64,000 nt of DNA from Rhodanobacteraceae bacterium (lineage in GTDB: Bacteria > Pseudomonadota > Gammaproteobacteria > Xanthomonadales > Rhodanobacteraceae): positions 2,458 through 66,457 of the forward strand of contig DATFGT010000015.1 of assembly GCA_035249175.1 (NCBI GenBank), in the 5' to 3' direction. Under the pieces are notes generated by a model. That model saw only the letters and a list, made by a program, of their open reading frames with translations. It ran no database searches and had not been told where the DNA came from. Within the stretch, counting starts at the first letter, position 1. Every line of letters begins with the position of its first letter. A program made the position numbers and the translations under genes. This document shows, in pieces, positions 38,937-47,886 of this stretch.

Positions 38937-39028
38937 TGGCTCGCCCTTCGGGCGACCCGGCCGTCCTTGGCGCTCGCCCTTCGGGCGACTCGGCCATCCT
39001 TGGCGCTCGCTCTTCGGGTCGCCTGCGG
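38937..39028. repeat. Tandem 31-33 bp repeat, ~2.8 copies, each with a tcgcccttcgggcga hairpin
   Basis: Unit 1 is 38937-38967 (tggctcgcccttcgggcgacccggccgtcct). Unit 2 is 38968-39000 (tggcgctcgcccttcgggcgactcggccatcct). A degenerate unit 3 is 39001-39028. The repeat is intergenic between phbB and gluQ. Confidence 0.8.
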
Positions 39029-39102
39029 TGTTCAAACCGGCAGTCCTGCCGATTTAGTCGCGGACTTGCGCGGAAGTGTTCGATGCAGGGTTGGCGCCAG
39101 AG

Positions 39103-39975
39103 TTACGGCAAATCAACACCGCGCCGCGTGGTGATGCCGCGCACTGCGGCAAGGTCGAACCGTTGCGCGGCGACGTGCAACAGGGTCCGAACATCCGACA
39201 TTTCCGGCACGCGCTGGCCGAGGAAACGGAGCGCACGCGCAAGCGTCGCGCGCGGTGCTCGCGTGTCCACCGGCGGCGCATCGTTGGATTTGGACAGCTT
39301 GCGGCCGCCCACATCCACGGCCAGCGGCAGGTGCACGTACGCCGGTGTGGGCAGGCCGAGCAGACGCTGCAGCAGGATCTGGCGCGGCGTGGAATCCAGC
39401 AGGTCGCAACCGCGCACCACTTCGGTAATGCGCTGGGATGCATCATCGACCGCGCAAGCGAGCTGATAGCTCCACAGCCCGTCGGCGCGCTTCAACACGA
39501 AATCGCCGACCGCTTCGCGCACGTTCTGCGCCTGCGGGCCCTGCAACCCATCCTCGAACGCGATCTCCCGATCGGGTACGCGCAATCTCCACGCGGGTTC
39601 CCGGTCGCCGCGGGACGCGCTGATGCAGCGACCGTCGCGATGCACCGCGCCACCGATTTCCAAGTCGGTGCGGCTGCACCAGCATGGGAAGGCGTGGCCG
39701 TCCGCACGCAAGACTTGCAGCGCGTCCGCATACGCTTCGCCATGCCGTGACTGGAACAATGGTGGTTCGTCCGCGATCAGCCCCAGTTGTTCCAGCGCGG
39801 CGAGGATCGCGTGCGTCGAGCCCGCGACTTCGCGCGGCGGGTCGATGTCCTCGACGCGCAGCAGCCACTGGCCCTGTTGTTGCCGCGCGCGCAGCCATCC
39901 CGCCAGCGCCGCGACCAGAGATCCAAAGTGCAATTCGCCGGTCGGCGAGGGCGCGAAGCGTCCATGATAAATCAC
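39103..39975 (-). CDS. gluQ: Glutamyl-Q tRNA(Asp) synthetase
   Basis: 290 aa from GTG 39975 (RBS AAGGAGG), with YHGRFAPSPTGELHFGSLVAALAGWL..LLRVEDIDPPRE and KLSKSN motifs. Confidence 0.9.
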   Translation of the reverse strand: MIYHGRFAPSPTGELHFGSLVAALAGWLRARQQQGQWLLRVEDIDPPREVAGSTHAILAALEQLGLIADEPPLFQSRHGEAYADALQVLRADGHAFPCWCSRTDLEIGGAVHRDGRCISASRGDREPAWRLRVPDREIAFEDGLQGPQAQNVREAVGDFVLKRADGLWSYQLACAVDDASQRITEVVRGCDLLDSTPRQILLQRLLGLPTPAYVHLPLAVDVGGRKLSKSNDAPPVDTRAPRATLARALRFLGQRVPEMSDVRTLLHVAAQRFDLAAVRGITTRRGVDLP

Positions 39976-40095
39976 ACGGCCTCCTTGGACTCCCGGTGCG
40001 CGGCGGCTAGTATGCGGCAGACGCGTCCGGTGCCGCCCGGCGCGCGCGGGCCGCGCGCTGCCGCGTGGTGGGGAATTCACCTACGGGATTTGTCC

Positions 40096-42162
40096 ATGAA
40101 TGCAGTCAGCGGAATGCCCAAGCGCCGTGAATTGACGATCCGGGGCGTCATCATCGGCATCGTCATCACGATCGTGTTCACCGCCGCCAATGTCTACTTC
40201 GGATTGAAGGCGGGTCTGACCTTTTCGACATCGATCCCGGCCGCGGTGATCTCGATGGCGATCCTGAAGGCAATGCGCGATGCCACCATCCAGGAAAACA
40301 ACATCGTGCAGACGGTCGCCTCGGCCGCAGGTACGTTGTCGTCGATCATCTTCGTGTTGCCGGGCCTCATCATCGTCGGCTACTGGAGCGGATTTCCATT
40401 CTGGATCTCGGCGGGCATCTGCGCGACCGGGGGCATCCTGGGTGTGATGTACACCATCCCGCTGCGGCGCGCGCTGGTGACCGACTCGGATCTGCCCTAT
40501 CCCGAAGGCGTCGCCTGCGCCGAGGTGCTGAAGGTCGGCAGCGGTTCCGCCGAGCAGATCGGCCGCATGGCCGAGGTGGAGTCGGTGCCCGCCGCGGGCG
40601 GCGCGCGTCGAACCACCAGCGCGCCCGATCCCGCCGCGGCAGCAGAGTCCAGCGGTGCGGGCCTCAAGGCGGTGCTGTGGGGTGCGATCGTGTCGGCGAT
40701 CTTCTACATCATCGTGCAGACCAAGGTGTTTGCCGCCGCAGTCACCGACTATTTCCGTGTCGGCGGAGATCGTGCCGGTGCGACCGGTTTCGACTTCGGC
40801 CTGTCGTTCGCGCTGTTCGCGATCGGGCATCTTGTGGGACTCTGGGTGGGCGTGGCGATGTTGGTCGGCGCCGCGATCGGTTGGGTGTGGGCGGTGCCGT
40901 ACTTCACGCATCTGCACTGGACGGCAGGCGCGGCGGCTGATATCGCCCAGGCTGGCTGGAGCCACTACGTGCGCTTCATCGGCGCCGGCGCGATCGGCGT
41001 GGCCGCGATCTGGACCTTGGCGAAGCTGGTGAAACCGCTGGCCGGCGGACTCGCCGGGGCCTTCCGCGCGTCGCGTGCGCGAAAAGCCGGCACCCTGAAC
41101 GAGTTGCCGCGCACCGAACATGACATGCCGATCGGCATGGTCGGCGTGATCTCGGTGATCTGCTTCATCCCGATCGCGTACCTGCTTTGGCACTTCGCGG
41201 TGAACAACGGACTCGGTGCCGCGACCTGGGTGCTGGTGATCGGCGGCGTGGTGTTCGTGGTGCTGTTGAGTTTCCTGGTGTCTGCCGTGTGCGGCTACAT
41301 GGCCGGGCTGATCGGATCCTCCAACAGCCCGCTCTCGGGCGTCGGCATCCTGGTGGTGGTAATCGCCGCCTTGCTGCTGGTGGTGGGCGTGAAACCGTTT
41401 CTGCCTCCGGGCGCCGACAAGGCACTGGTCGGCTTCGCACTGTTCATTACCGCGATCGTGTTCGCGGTGGCGTCAATCGCCAACAACAACCTGCAGGACC
41501 TGAAAACCGGCCAACTGGTGGACGCCACGCCGTCGCTGCAACAGTGGGCGCTGGTGATCGGCGTGCTGGCCGGCGCGGTGGTGATCCCGCCTGTGCTGGA
41601 TCTTTTGCAAAACACTTATGGCTTTCTCGGCGCACCGGGCGCCAATCCCGCGCACGCGCTGCCCGCGCCGCAAGCCGGCCTGATTTCGGCCTTGGCCAAG
41701 GGCGTGATCACCGGCGACGTGCCGTGGGACATGATCGGTCTCGGAGCCGGGATCGGCGTCGCGATCATCATCCTCGATGAATTGCTGGCATTGTCGAAAA
41801 AAGGTCCGCGCTTGCCGCCGCTGGCGGTGGGCCTGGGCATTTACCTGCCCACCTCGACCACGTTGATGGTCGTGGTAGGGGCGCTGGTGGGCGCGTGGTT
41901 CGACCGCCGCGCCGAGCGCCGCCCCGGAACCGAGGTGACCAAGCAACTGGGCGTGCTGCTGGCGTCGGGTCTGATCGTGGGCGAAAGCCTGCTGGCGGTG
42001 ATCTTCGCCGGCGTCGTGGGCTTGAGCGGCAAGCAGAATCCGATCGCGTTGGTGGGCGACAGCTTTGCAACGCCCTCGATTGCGATCGGTGGCGTGGTGT
42101 TCGCGCTTACGGTGATCGTCCTGTACAGATGGATCATCGGGATGGGCCGCGCCACGGCTTGA
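40096..42162 (+). CDS. OPT-family oligopeptide transporter
   Basis: 688 aa, RELTIRGVIIGIVITIVFTAANVYFGLKAGLTFSTSIPAAVISMAIL..ENNIVQTVASAAG; polytopic membrane protein. Confidence 0.88.
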   Translation: MNAVSGMPKRRELTIRGVIIGIVITIVFTAANVYFGLKAGLTFSTSIPAAVISMAILKAMRDATIQENNIVQTVASAAGTLSSIIFVLPGLIIVGYWSGFPFWISAGICATGGILGVMYTIPLRRALVTDSDLPYPEGVACAEVLKVGSGSAEQIGRMAEVESVPAAGGARRTTSAPDPAAAAESSGAGLKAVLWGAIVSAIFYIIVQTKVFAAAVTDYFRVGGDRAGATGFDFGLSFALFAIGHLVGLWVGVAMLVGAAIGWVWAVPYFTHLHWTAGAAADIAQAGWSHYVRFIGAGAIGVAAIWTLAKLVKPLAGGLAGAFRASRARKAGTLNELPRTEHDMPIGMVGVISVICFIPIAYLLWHFAVNNGLGAATWVLVIGGVVFVVLLSFLVSAVCGYMAGLIGSSNSPLSGVGILVVVIAALLLVVGVKPFLPPGADKALVGFALFITAIVFAVASIANNNLQDLKTGQLVDATPSLQQWALVIGVLAGAVVIPPVLDLLQNTYGFLGAPGANPAHALPAPQAGLISALAKGVITGDVPWDMIGLGAGIGVAIIILDELLALSKKGPRLPPLAVGLGIYLPTSTTLMVVVGALVGAWFDRRAERRPGTEVTKQLGVLLASGLIVGESLLAVIFAGVVGLSGKQNPIALVGDSFATPSIAIGGVVFALTVIVLYRWIIGMGRATA

Positions 42163-42218
42163 GAAACCGCCGTCGCGTCACCAGTTTGGGCTGAATTGGC
42201 CTGGTTGCGTCGACGCCT

Positions 42219-42344
42219 TCGTCATTCCGGGGCCGCCCGCGTCGCGGACGGAACCCGGAACCCAGCGCCATTGCTGCGACCGGAAAAGTCACTGGGTTCC
42301 GGGTTCCATCACCAATGCGGCCGGTGATGGCCCCGGGATGACGA
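42219..42344. repeat. MITE/REP-like nested palindrome (termini tcgtcattccggggcc...ggccccgggatgacga)
   Basis: Outer IR 42219-42234 / 42329-42344 and inner IR ggaacccggaacccag (42250-42265) / ctgggttccgggttcc (42292-42307). It lies in the OPT-htpG spacer and shares termini with 23941-24021. Confidence 0.7.
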
Positions 42345-42386
42345 ACATGTTTTGTTTTGCTGATCTGCTGATATGGAAAAGTTGTC

Positions 42387-44255
42387 ATGACGACTACTGC
42401 TGAAACCCGCCCGTTCGAAGCCGAAGTCGCACAGGTCCTGCGCCTCGTCACGCATTCGCTTTATTCGCACAGGGAAATCTTCCTGCGCGAACTGGTTTCC
42501 AACGCCTCCGATGCCTGCGACAAGCTGCGCTTCGAAGCGATCGGCAAACCCGAACTGCTGGACGGCGACGGCGAGCTGCATATCGACATCGAGTACGACA
42601 AGGATGCGAAGACGCTCACCGTGCGTGACAACGGCATCGGCATGAGCCGCGATGAAGTGGTGGCGAATCTGGGCTCGATCGCGAGTTCCGGCACGCGGCG
42701 GTTCCTCGAATCGCTGAGCGGCGAGCAGCAGGCCGACGCGCGCCTGATTGGACAGTTCGGCGTGGGCTTTTATTCCGCGTTCGTGGTGGCGGACAAGGTG
42801 ACGGTGCTGAGTCGTCGCGCTGGCGCCGATGCGAAAGATGGCGTGCGTTGGGAAAGTGACGGCAAGGGCGAATACTCGCTGGCCGCGGAAGAGATCGCCA
42901 CACGCGGGACATCGGTGATCCTGCACCTGAAGGAAGACGACGCCGAATTCCTCAATCACTGGAAACTGCGGGATCTGATTCGCAAGTATTCCGACCACGT
43001 CGCGTTCCCGATCCGGATGAAGAAGGTCAAGGATGGCAAGTCGACCGACGAGTGGGAAACCGTCAATGACGCCTCGGCACTGTGGGCCAAGCCGAAGTCG
43101 GAAATCACCGACGACGAATACAAGGCCTTTTACAAGTCGCTCGGTCACGACTTCAATGATCCGCTCGCGTGGGCGCACAATCGCGTCGAAGGCAGCCAGC
43201 GTTTCACCACGCTGCTTTACATCCCCGCGCAGCCGCCATTCGATCTCCTCATGGGCGGGCGCGACGAGCGCAAGGGGGTCAAGTTGTACATCAAGCGCGT
43301 CTTCATCATGGACGCCGCCGAGGAATTGCTGCCGAACTATCTGCGTTTCGTGCGCGGGGTGGTGGATGCCGACGACCTGCCGCTCAACGTCAGCCGGGAA
43401 ATCCTGCAGCACAACCGCCAGATCGAGCGGATCAAGGCATCCTGCGTCAAGCGCGTGCTGGACCTGATCGAGAAGCTGGCGAAAGACGAGCCCGAGAAGT
43501 TCAAGGCATTCCGCACGGCATTCGGCAATACACTGAAGGAAGGCATCGTCGAGGATCCCTCCAACCGCGAGCGCATCGCCAAGTTGCTGCGATTTGCGTC
43601 CACCAAGGGCGAGGGCGCCGAACAGAATGTCTCGCTCGATGATTACATCGCGCGCATGCGGCATGGCCAGGATGCGATCTGGTATGTCACCGCCGACAGT
43701 TACAAGGCTGCCGCCGGTAGCCCGCAGCTCGAGGCGTTCAAGGCCAAAGGGATCGAAGTGTTGCTGATGTTCGATCGGGTGGACGAATGGATTCTCGGCC
43801 AGTTCAACGAGTATGAAGGCAAGCCGCTGAAGAATGTCGCCAAGGGTGAGCTGCCGCTCGACGAAACCGACAAGCAGAAGCAGGAAACAGCGGCGAAGGA
43901 AGCCGAGCCGCTGGTGAAGAAGTTGAAGGAATTGCTGGGCGAGCGTGTCGGCGATGTGCGGGTTTCCGCGCGGCTCACCGATTCGCCGTCCTGTCTTGCG
44001 CTGTCCGACTACGAACTCGCGCCGCATCTCGCGCGGCTGTTGCGGGAAGCCGGTCAAGAGGTTCCCGATTCCAAGCCGACGCTGGAAATCAATCCGGCGC
44101 ACGCGCTGGTGAAGCGCGTCGAGTCGGAACCCGACGAGGCCAAGGCGGAGGATTTGGCGATGTTGTTGCTGGAGCAGGCCGAGATCACCGCGGGTGCGGC
44201 ATTGCCCGATCCTGCCGCATTCGTGCAGCGGATGAACCGGCTGCTGTCGGCCTGA
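42387..44255 (+). CDS. htpG: Molecular chaperone HtpG (Hsp90)
   Basis: 622 aa with [40 protein letters not shown] and [17 protein letters not shown]. Confidence 0.97.
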   Translation: MTTTAETRPFEAEVAQVLRLVTHSLYSHREIFLRELVSNASDACDKLRFEAIGKPELLDGDGELHIDIEYDKDAKTLTVRDNGIGMSRDEVVANLGSIASSGTRRFLESLSGEQQADARLIGQFGVGFYSAFVVADKVTVLSRRAGADAKDGVRWESDGKGEYSLAAEEIATRGTSVILHLKEDDAEFLNHWKLRDLIRKYSDHVAFPIRMKKVKDGKSTDEWETVNDASALWAKPKSEITDDEYKAFYKSLGHDFNDPLAWAHNRVEGSQRFTTLLYIPAQPPFDLLMGGRDERKGVKLYIKRVFIMDAAEELLPNYLRFVRGVVDADDLPLNVSREILQHNRQIERIKASCVKRVLDLIEKLAKDEPEKFKAFRTAFGNTLKEGIVEDPSNRERIAKLLRFASTKGEGAEQNVSLDDYIARMRHGQDAIWYVTADSYKAAAGSPQLEAFKAKGIEVLLMFDRVDEWILGQFNEYEGKPLKNVAKGELPLDETDKQKQETAAKEAEPLVKKLKELLGERVGDVRVSARLTDSPSCLALSDYELAPHLARLLREAGQEVPDSKPTLEINPAHALVKRVESEPDEAKAEDLAMLLLEQAEITAGAALPDPAAFVQRMNRLLSA

Positions 44256-44656
44256 TGACCGCAGCCGCGCCCGAGCCTGTACGCATCGACGCCTGGCTGT
44301 GGGCGGCGCGCTTCTTCAAGACACGTGCGCTGGCCAAGCAGGCGGTGGAGCGCGGACGGGTAGAGGTCGCCGGCGCTGCCTGCAAGCCATCGCACGCGGT
44401 GAAGCCGGGCGACGTGTTGCGCATCGTGCGCGGCGAGGAAGTCTTTGAGGTCGAAACGACCGGACTCGCGCACAAGCGCGGCTCGGTTGCGCAGGCACAA
44501 ACGCTGTACCGCGAATCAGAAATGTCGATCAGGGCGCGTGAAGCCGCGCGCGAGCAACATCGCGCCGAACGCGCCGGTTACCAGCCGCCGCCGAAGCGGC
44601 CCGACAAACGCGCACGGCGGTTGATTCGCGCCTTGGGCGACATCGATACGCTCTAG
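44255..44656 (+). CDS. hslR: Ribosome-associated heat-shock protein Hsp15 (S4 domain)
   Basis: 133 aa, VRIDAWLWAARFFKTRALAKQAVERGRVEV.G...KPSHAVKPGDVL. The start overlaps the htpG stop by 1 nt. Confidence 0.88.
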   Translation: MTAAAPEPVRIDAWLWAARFFKTRALAKQAVERGRVEVAGAACKPSHAVKPGDVLRIVRGEEVFEVETTGLAHKRGSVAQAQTLYRESEMSIRAREAAREQHRAERAGYQPPPKRPDKRARRLIRALGDIDTL

Positions 44657-45960
44657 CCGGTTGACGGGGTGCTTTGCTTGTTCCGCGCCTGCCAAGTGTA
44701 TAGCGGGATGCCGAGCGCCAGCAGCACGAAATTCCAGAACACCGCGTCCTTGCCGGCACCGATCACCGCCCACAGGCAGAAGCCGAATGCGGCGAACGCC
44801 AGCAGCAGGTTGCGGGTGCGCACCGGGCGCCCATTGCGGTGCGCCAGTATCACGTCGGCCATCGCGCAAAACAGGTAGCAGACGACATTGCCGAGCGTGG
44901 TCAGCAGCACCATGAAGGTGAACATCGCGACCATGCCACGGCTGTAGTTGGCCAGTACCATCAGGCTGTTGATGATGCCCGCGACCAGCAGCGCCGGCAC
45001 CGGCGTCCCGCGCGCGGACTCACGCGCGAAAAACTTCGGGAACAAGCCGTCCTTCGCAACCGCCTGCGGGAATTGTCCGGCGATCAGCGTCCAGCCGTTC
45101 AACGCACCGAAGCAGGAGATCGCCGCGGCGCCCGCGATCAGCCAGCTCGCCCACCCGCCCCACAGCAACCGTCCCGCATCGGCGAATGGTGCCTGCGATT
45201 GCGCGAGTTCGGAAGCGGGCAGCACCCCCATCACCGCCGTGGTGCACGCGATGTAGAGCGCGGCCGCGATCGCGGTGCCGAGCAACGTGGCGCGCGGAAT
45301 GGTCTTTTCGGGTTCACGCACGTGCGCGGCCGGGATCGTGGCCGACTCGACCCCGATGAAGGCAAACAGCGTGGCTGCGACGCAGATGTTGATTGCGCTC
45401 AGCGGCGAGCCCGCATGCGGCCCCGGCACCAGCAGGTGTGGATCGAAGCGCGCGAAGCCGAACAACGCCAGGGCCAGCAGCGGCAGGATCTTCAAGATGG
45501 TCGTCGCCACCTGCAGGGTTCCGGCACTGCGGATCCCGATGATGTTGACCGTGACCAGTGCCCATACCGCCGCCATCGCGGTCAACGCGCCGTACAAGGG
45601 TTGCGCGCCCAGCGCGGGGACGAACGCGGACACGTAGCTTGCAAACGCGACGGCAATGGTTGCATTGCCGCCGACCAGCGCGATCCAGTACACCCACGCC
45701 ACCAGGAAACCCACGCAATCGCCGAAGGCTTCGCGACTGTAGGCATAGGGACCGCCCGCGCGTGGCGCGCGCTGTGCGAGCCGGTAGAACACGCCCGCCA
45801 GCAGCAGCGCACCGATCGCACTGACCGCCCATCCGATCAGGCTGTATCCGCCGTAGGGCGCAAGCGAAGCTGGCAGCAGAAACACGCCCGAACCGATCAT
45901 GTTGCCCAGCACCAGCGTAGTCGCGATGCCAAGCCCGATCTGTCGCTTCGATACGTTCAT
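44653..45960 (-). CDS. APC-superfamily amino acid permease (AdiC/PotE-like)
   Basis: 435 aa, IGLGIATTLVLGNMIGSGVFLLPASLAPYG...GGPYAYSREAFGD; ~12 TM segments. Confidence 0.85.
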   Translation of the reverse strand: MNVSKRQIGLGIATTLVLGNMIGSGVFLLPASLAPYGGYSLIGWAVSAIGALLLAGVFYRLAQRAPRAGGPYAYSREAFGDCVGFLVAWVYWIALVGGNATIAVAFASYVSAFVPALGAQPLYGALTAMAAVWALVTVNIIGIRSAGTLQVATTILKILPLLALALFGFARFDPHLLVPGPHAGSPLSAINICVAATLFAFIGVESATIPAAHVREPEKTIPRATLLGTAIAAALYIACTTAVMGVLPASELAQSQAPFADAGRLLWGGWASWLIAGAAAISCFGALNGWTLIAGQFPQAVAKDGLFPKFFARESARGTPVPALLVAGIINSLMVLANYSRGMVAMFTFMVLLTTLGNVVCYLFCAMADVILAHRNGRPVRTRNLLLAFAAFGFCLWAVIGAGKDAVFWNFVLLALGIPLYTWQARNKQSTPSTG

Positions 45961-46010
45961 GGGCGCCCCTTGCGGGCTGAAACGGCCGCGCGATTGTACG
46001 CTGGCGGCCG

Positions 46011-46826
46011 GTGCGGAGGGCTATGCTGGCACTCCCGCCAGTTTGGGACGGAGCTGCCGTGGCTCGCATCGCCATCACCCGCGCCGTCAGCCGCGCCTTG
46101 GAACACTGCGAGCTGACCCATTTGCCGCGTTGCCCGATCGACTTGGCGCGCGCGCGCCGCCAGCATGCTGCCTATGAAGAGGCCTTGCGCGAAGCCGGGT
46201 GCGAGGTGCGCCAGCTTCCGGAACAGCCCGGCCAGCCGGATTCCGTGTTCGTGGAAGACACGGCGGTCGTGCTGGACGAAGTGGCCGTGATCACCCGGCC
46301 GGGGGCGGCGTCACGGCGCGGGGAGGTGGAATCGATGGCCGCGGCTCTGGCTGGGTTGCGCAAGATCGTGCGTATCGAAGCGCCCGATACGTTGGACGGC
46401 GGCGACGTGCTGCGGCTGGATCGGGTGTTGTACGTCGGCGCCTCTGCACGCAGCAGCGCGGGCGGCATCGCACAACTCGGGCGGCTGCTGGCGCGGTTCG
46501 ACTATAGTGTGGTCGCGGTGCCACTACGGGATTGCCTGCATCTGAAGAGTGCAGTGACGCAAGTGGCGCCCGCGCAGGTGTTGCTGAATCCGGCATGGGT
46601 GGATGCCCGGTGTTTCCCGGGATGGGGGTCGGTGTCCATCGATGCTGCCGAACCGCACGGCGCCAACACGTTGCACGTTGGCGGCGCGCTGATCTATCCG
46701 GCTTCGTGTCCCCGCACGGCGGATGCACTACGCAAGCTTGGCATTGACGTGCGCGGCGTGGACATGTCGGAAACCGAAAAAGCGGAAGGCGGCGTCACTT
46801 GTTGCAGCGTGATTTTCGACGCCTGA
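46011..46826 (+). CDS. N(G),N(G)-dimethylarginine dimethylaminohydrolase (DDAH)
   Basis: Motifs DSVFVEDTAVVLDEVAVITRPGAASRRGE, LDGGDVL, LHLKSAV and the C-terminal catalytic EGGVTCCSVIF match P. aeruginosa DDAH as remembered. The start may instead be ATG 46023. Confidence 0.85.
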   Translation: MRRAMLALPPVWDGAAVARIAITRAVSRALEHCELTHLPRCPIDLARARRQHAAYEEALREAGCEVRQLPEQPGQPDSVFVEDTAVVLDEVAVITRPGAASRRGEVESMAAALAGLRKIVRIEAPDTLDGGDVLRLDRVLYVGASARSSAGGIAQLGRLLARFDYSVVAVPLRDCLHLKSAVTQVAPAQVLLNPAWVDARCFPGWGSVSIDAAEPHGANTLHVGGALIYPASCPRTADALRKLGIDVRGVDMSETEKAEGGVTCCSVIFDA

Positions 46827-46924
46827 CAAGGATTGCGGGGTTCGTCTGTTGCGAGCTGTGACAAGGGTGCTTGCGCTGACCGGGCGAGGCGCTGACACTA
46901 TGCGCGCCAGCCCCGGGGAATACG

Positions 46925-47845
46925 ATGGCGGTATTCGACATCTTCAAGCGGTTCAGGACCCAGACGGCGGCTCCGGCCGAACGTCGCGAGGACGAGCGCC
47001 TGCGTGCCTCGCTCGGCGCGCGCGTGCTGGTGGTGGACGACTCTGCCACCATCCGTGCCGTGCTCGGCAAGATGCTGATGCAGGATGGCTACGAGGTACT
47101 CAAGGCCGCCGACGGCGAAAGCGCGATCGAGATGGCGCAGGCGCAGCTTCCGGAACTGGTTTTTCTGGACATCGTGCTGCCGGGCATTTCGGGTTTCGCG
47201 GTGTTGCGCTCGCTGCGTCGCGACAGCCGTACCCGCACCACGCCGATCATCATGATGAGTGGCAATCAGCAGGCGACGGAACAGTTCTACGTACAGCGCT
47301 TCGGGGCCGACGGCTTCGTCAAGAAGCCGTTCGGGCGGGCGGAAGTCTTCCACGCGATTCGTTCGCTGGTGCAGGCGGGGCGGTTGTCCGCGCGCGTCGA
47401 GTCGATGCCGGTCAACGCGGTTCCCGAGGGCGTCTCGCCGGAAGAATGGAATGCGATTCCGGACGTGGCGATGCCGGACGAAGCGCATTTGGTGTCGCAG
47501 TCGGCGACTTTGGCGCCGGCCTCCAATGACATGCCCAACAAGGCAGCCGAATCCGCATCACCGGTTGCTTCCGGGTCGCGTGATTCATCCGGCCAGGCGC
47601 CGCAACCGCACGGCGCCACCAATCCGGCAACGCGGACCGCCGCAGCGCCGATCGTTGCGAGTTACTGGTCCATGCCCGCGGTCAGCATGGCGATGCGGCC
47701 GACATTGAGCAGCACCCTGCGCACGGCGCTGGCTTCGGCCACTTCGGTCGTCCTGCATGTGCGGTTTCCGCCGCGGGAACAATCATCGGCGGACACTTCA
47801 ACGCCCGAGCGCGCCGCGCACCCGTCGGACAAGAACGAGGCCTGA
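46925..47845 (+). CDS. Orphan response regulator: REC domain plus ~170-aa low-complexity C-terminal tail
   Basis: The REC signature is intact (VLVVDDSATIR, LVFLDIVLPGISG, IIMMSG, GFVKKPF). The remainder is Pro/Ala/Ser-rich with no recognisable output domain. Confidence 0.75.
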   Translation: MAVFDIFKRFRTQTAAPAERREDERLRASLGARVLVVDDSATIRAVLGKMLMQDGYEVLKAADGESAIEMAQAQLPELVFLDIVLPGISGFAVLRSLRRDSRTRTTPIIMMSGNQQATEQFYVQRFGADGFVKKPFGRAEVFHAIRSLVQAGRLSARVESMPVNAVPEGVSPEEWNAIPDVAMPDEAHLVSQSATLAPASNDMPNKAAESASPVASGSRDSSGQAPQPHGATNPATRTAAAPIVASYWSMPAVSMAMRPTLSSTLRTALASATSVVLHVRFPPREQSSADTSTPERAAHPSDKNEA

Positions 47846-47886
47846 CCAAATGGGCGCAGGTCGTGATTTTTCGCGACTTTGCAACA

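Noticed and set aside
38937-39028. CRISPR array
   Set aside because: The repeats are directly tandem with no unique spacers, there are only ~3 units, and no cas genes are in the window.
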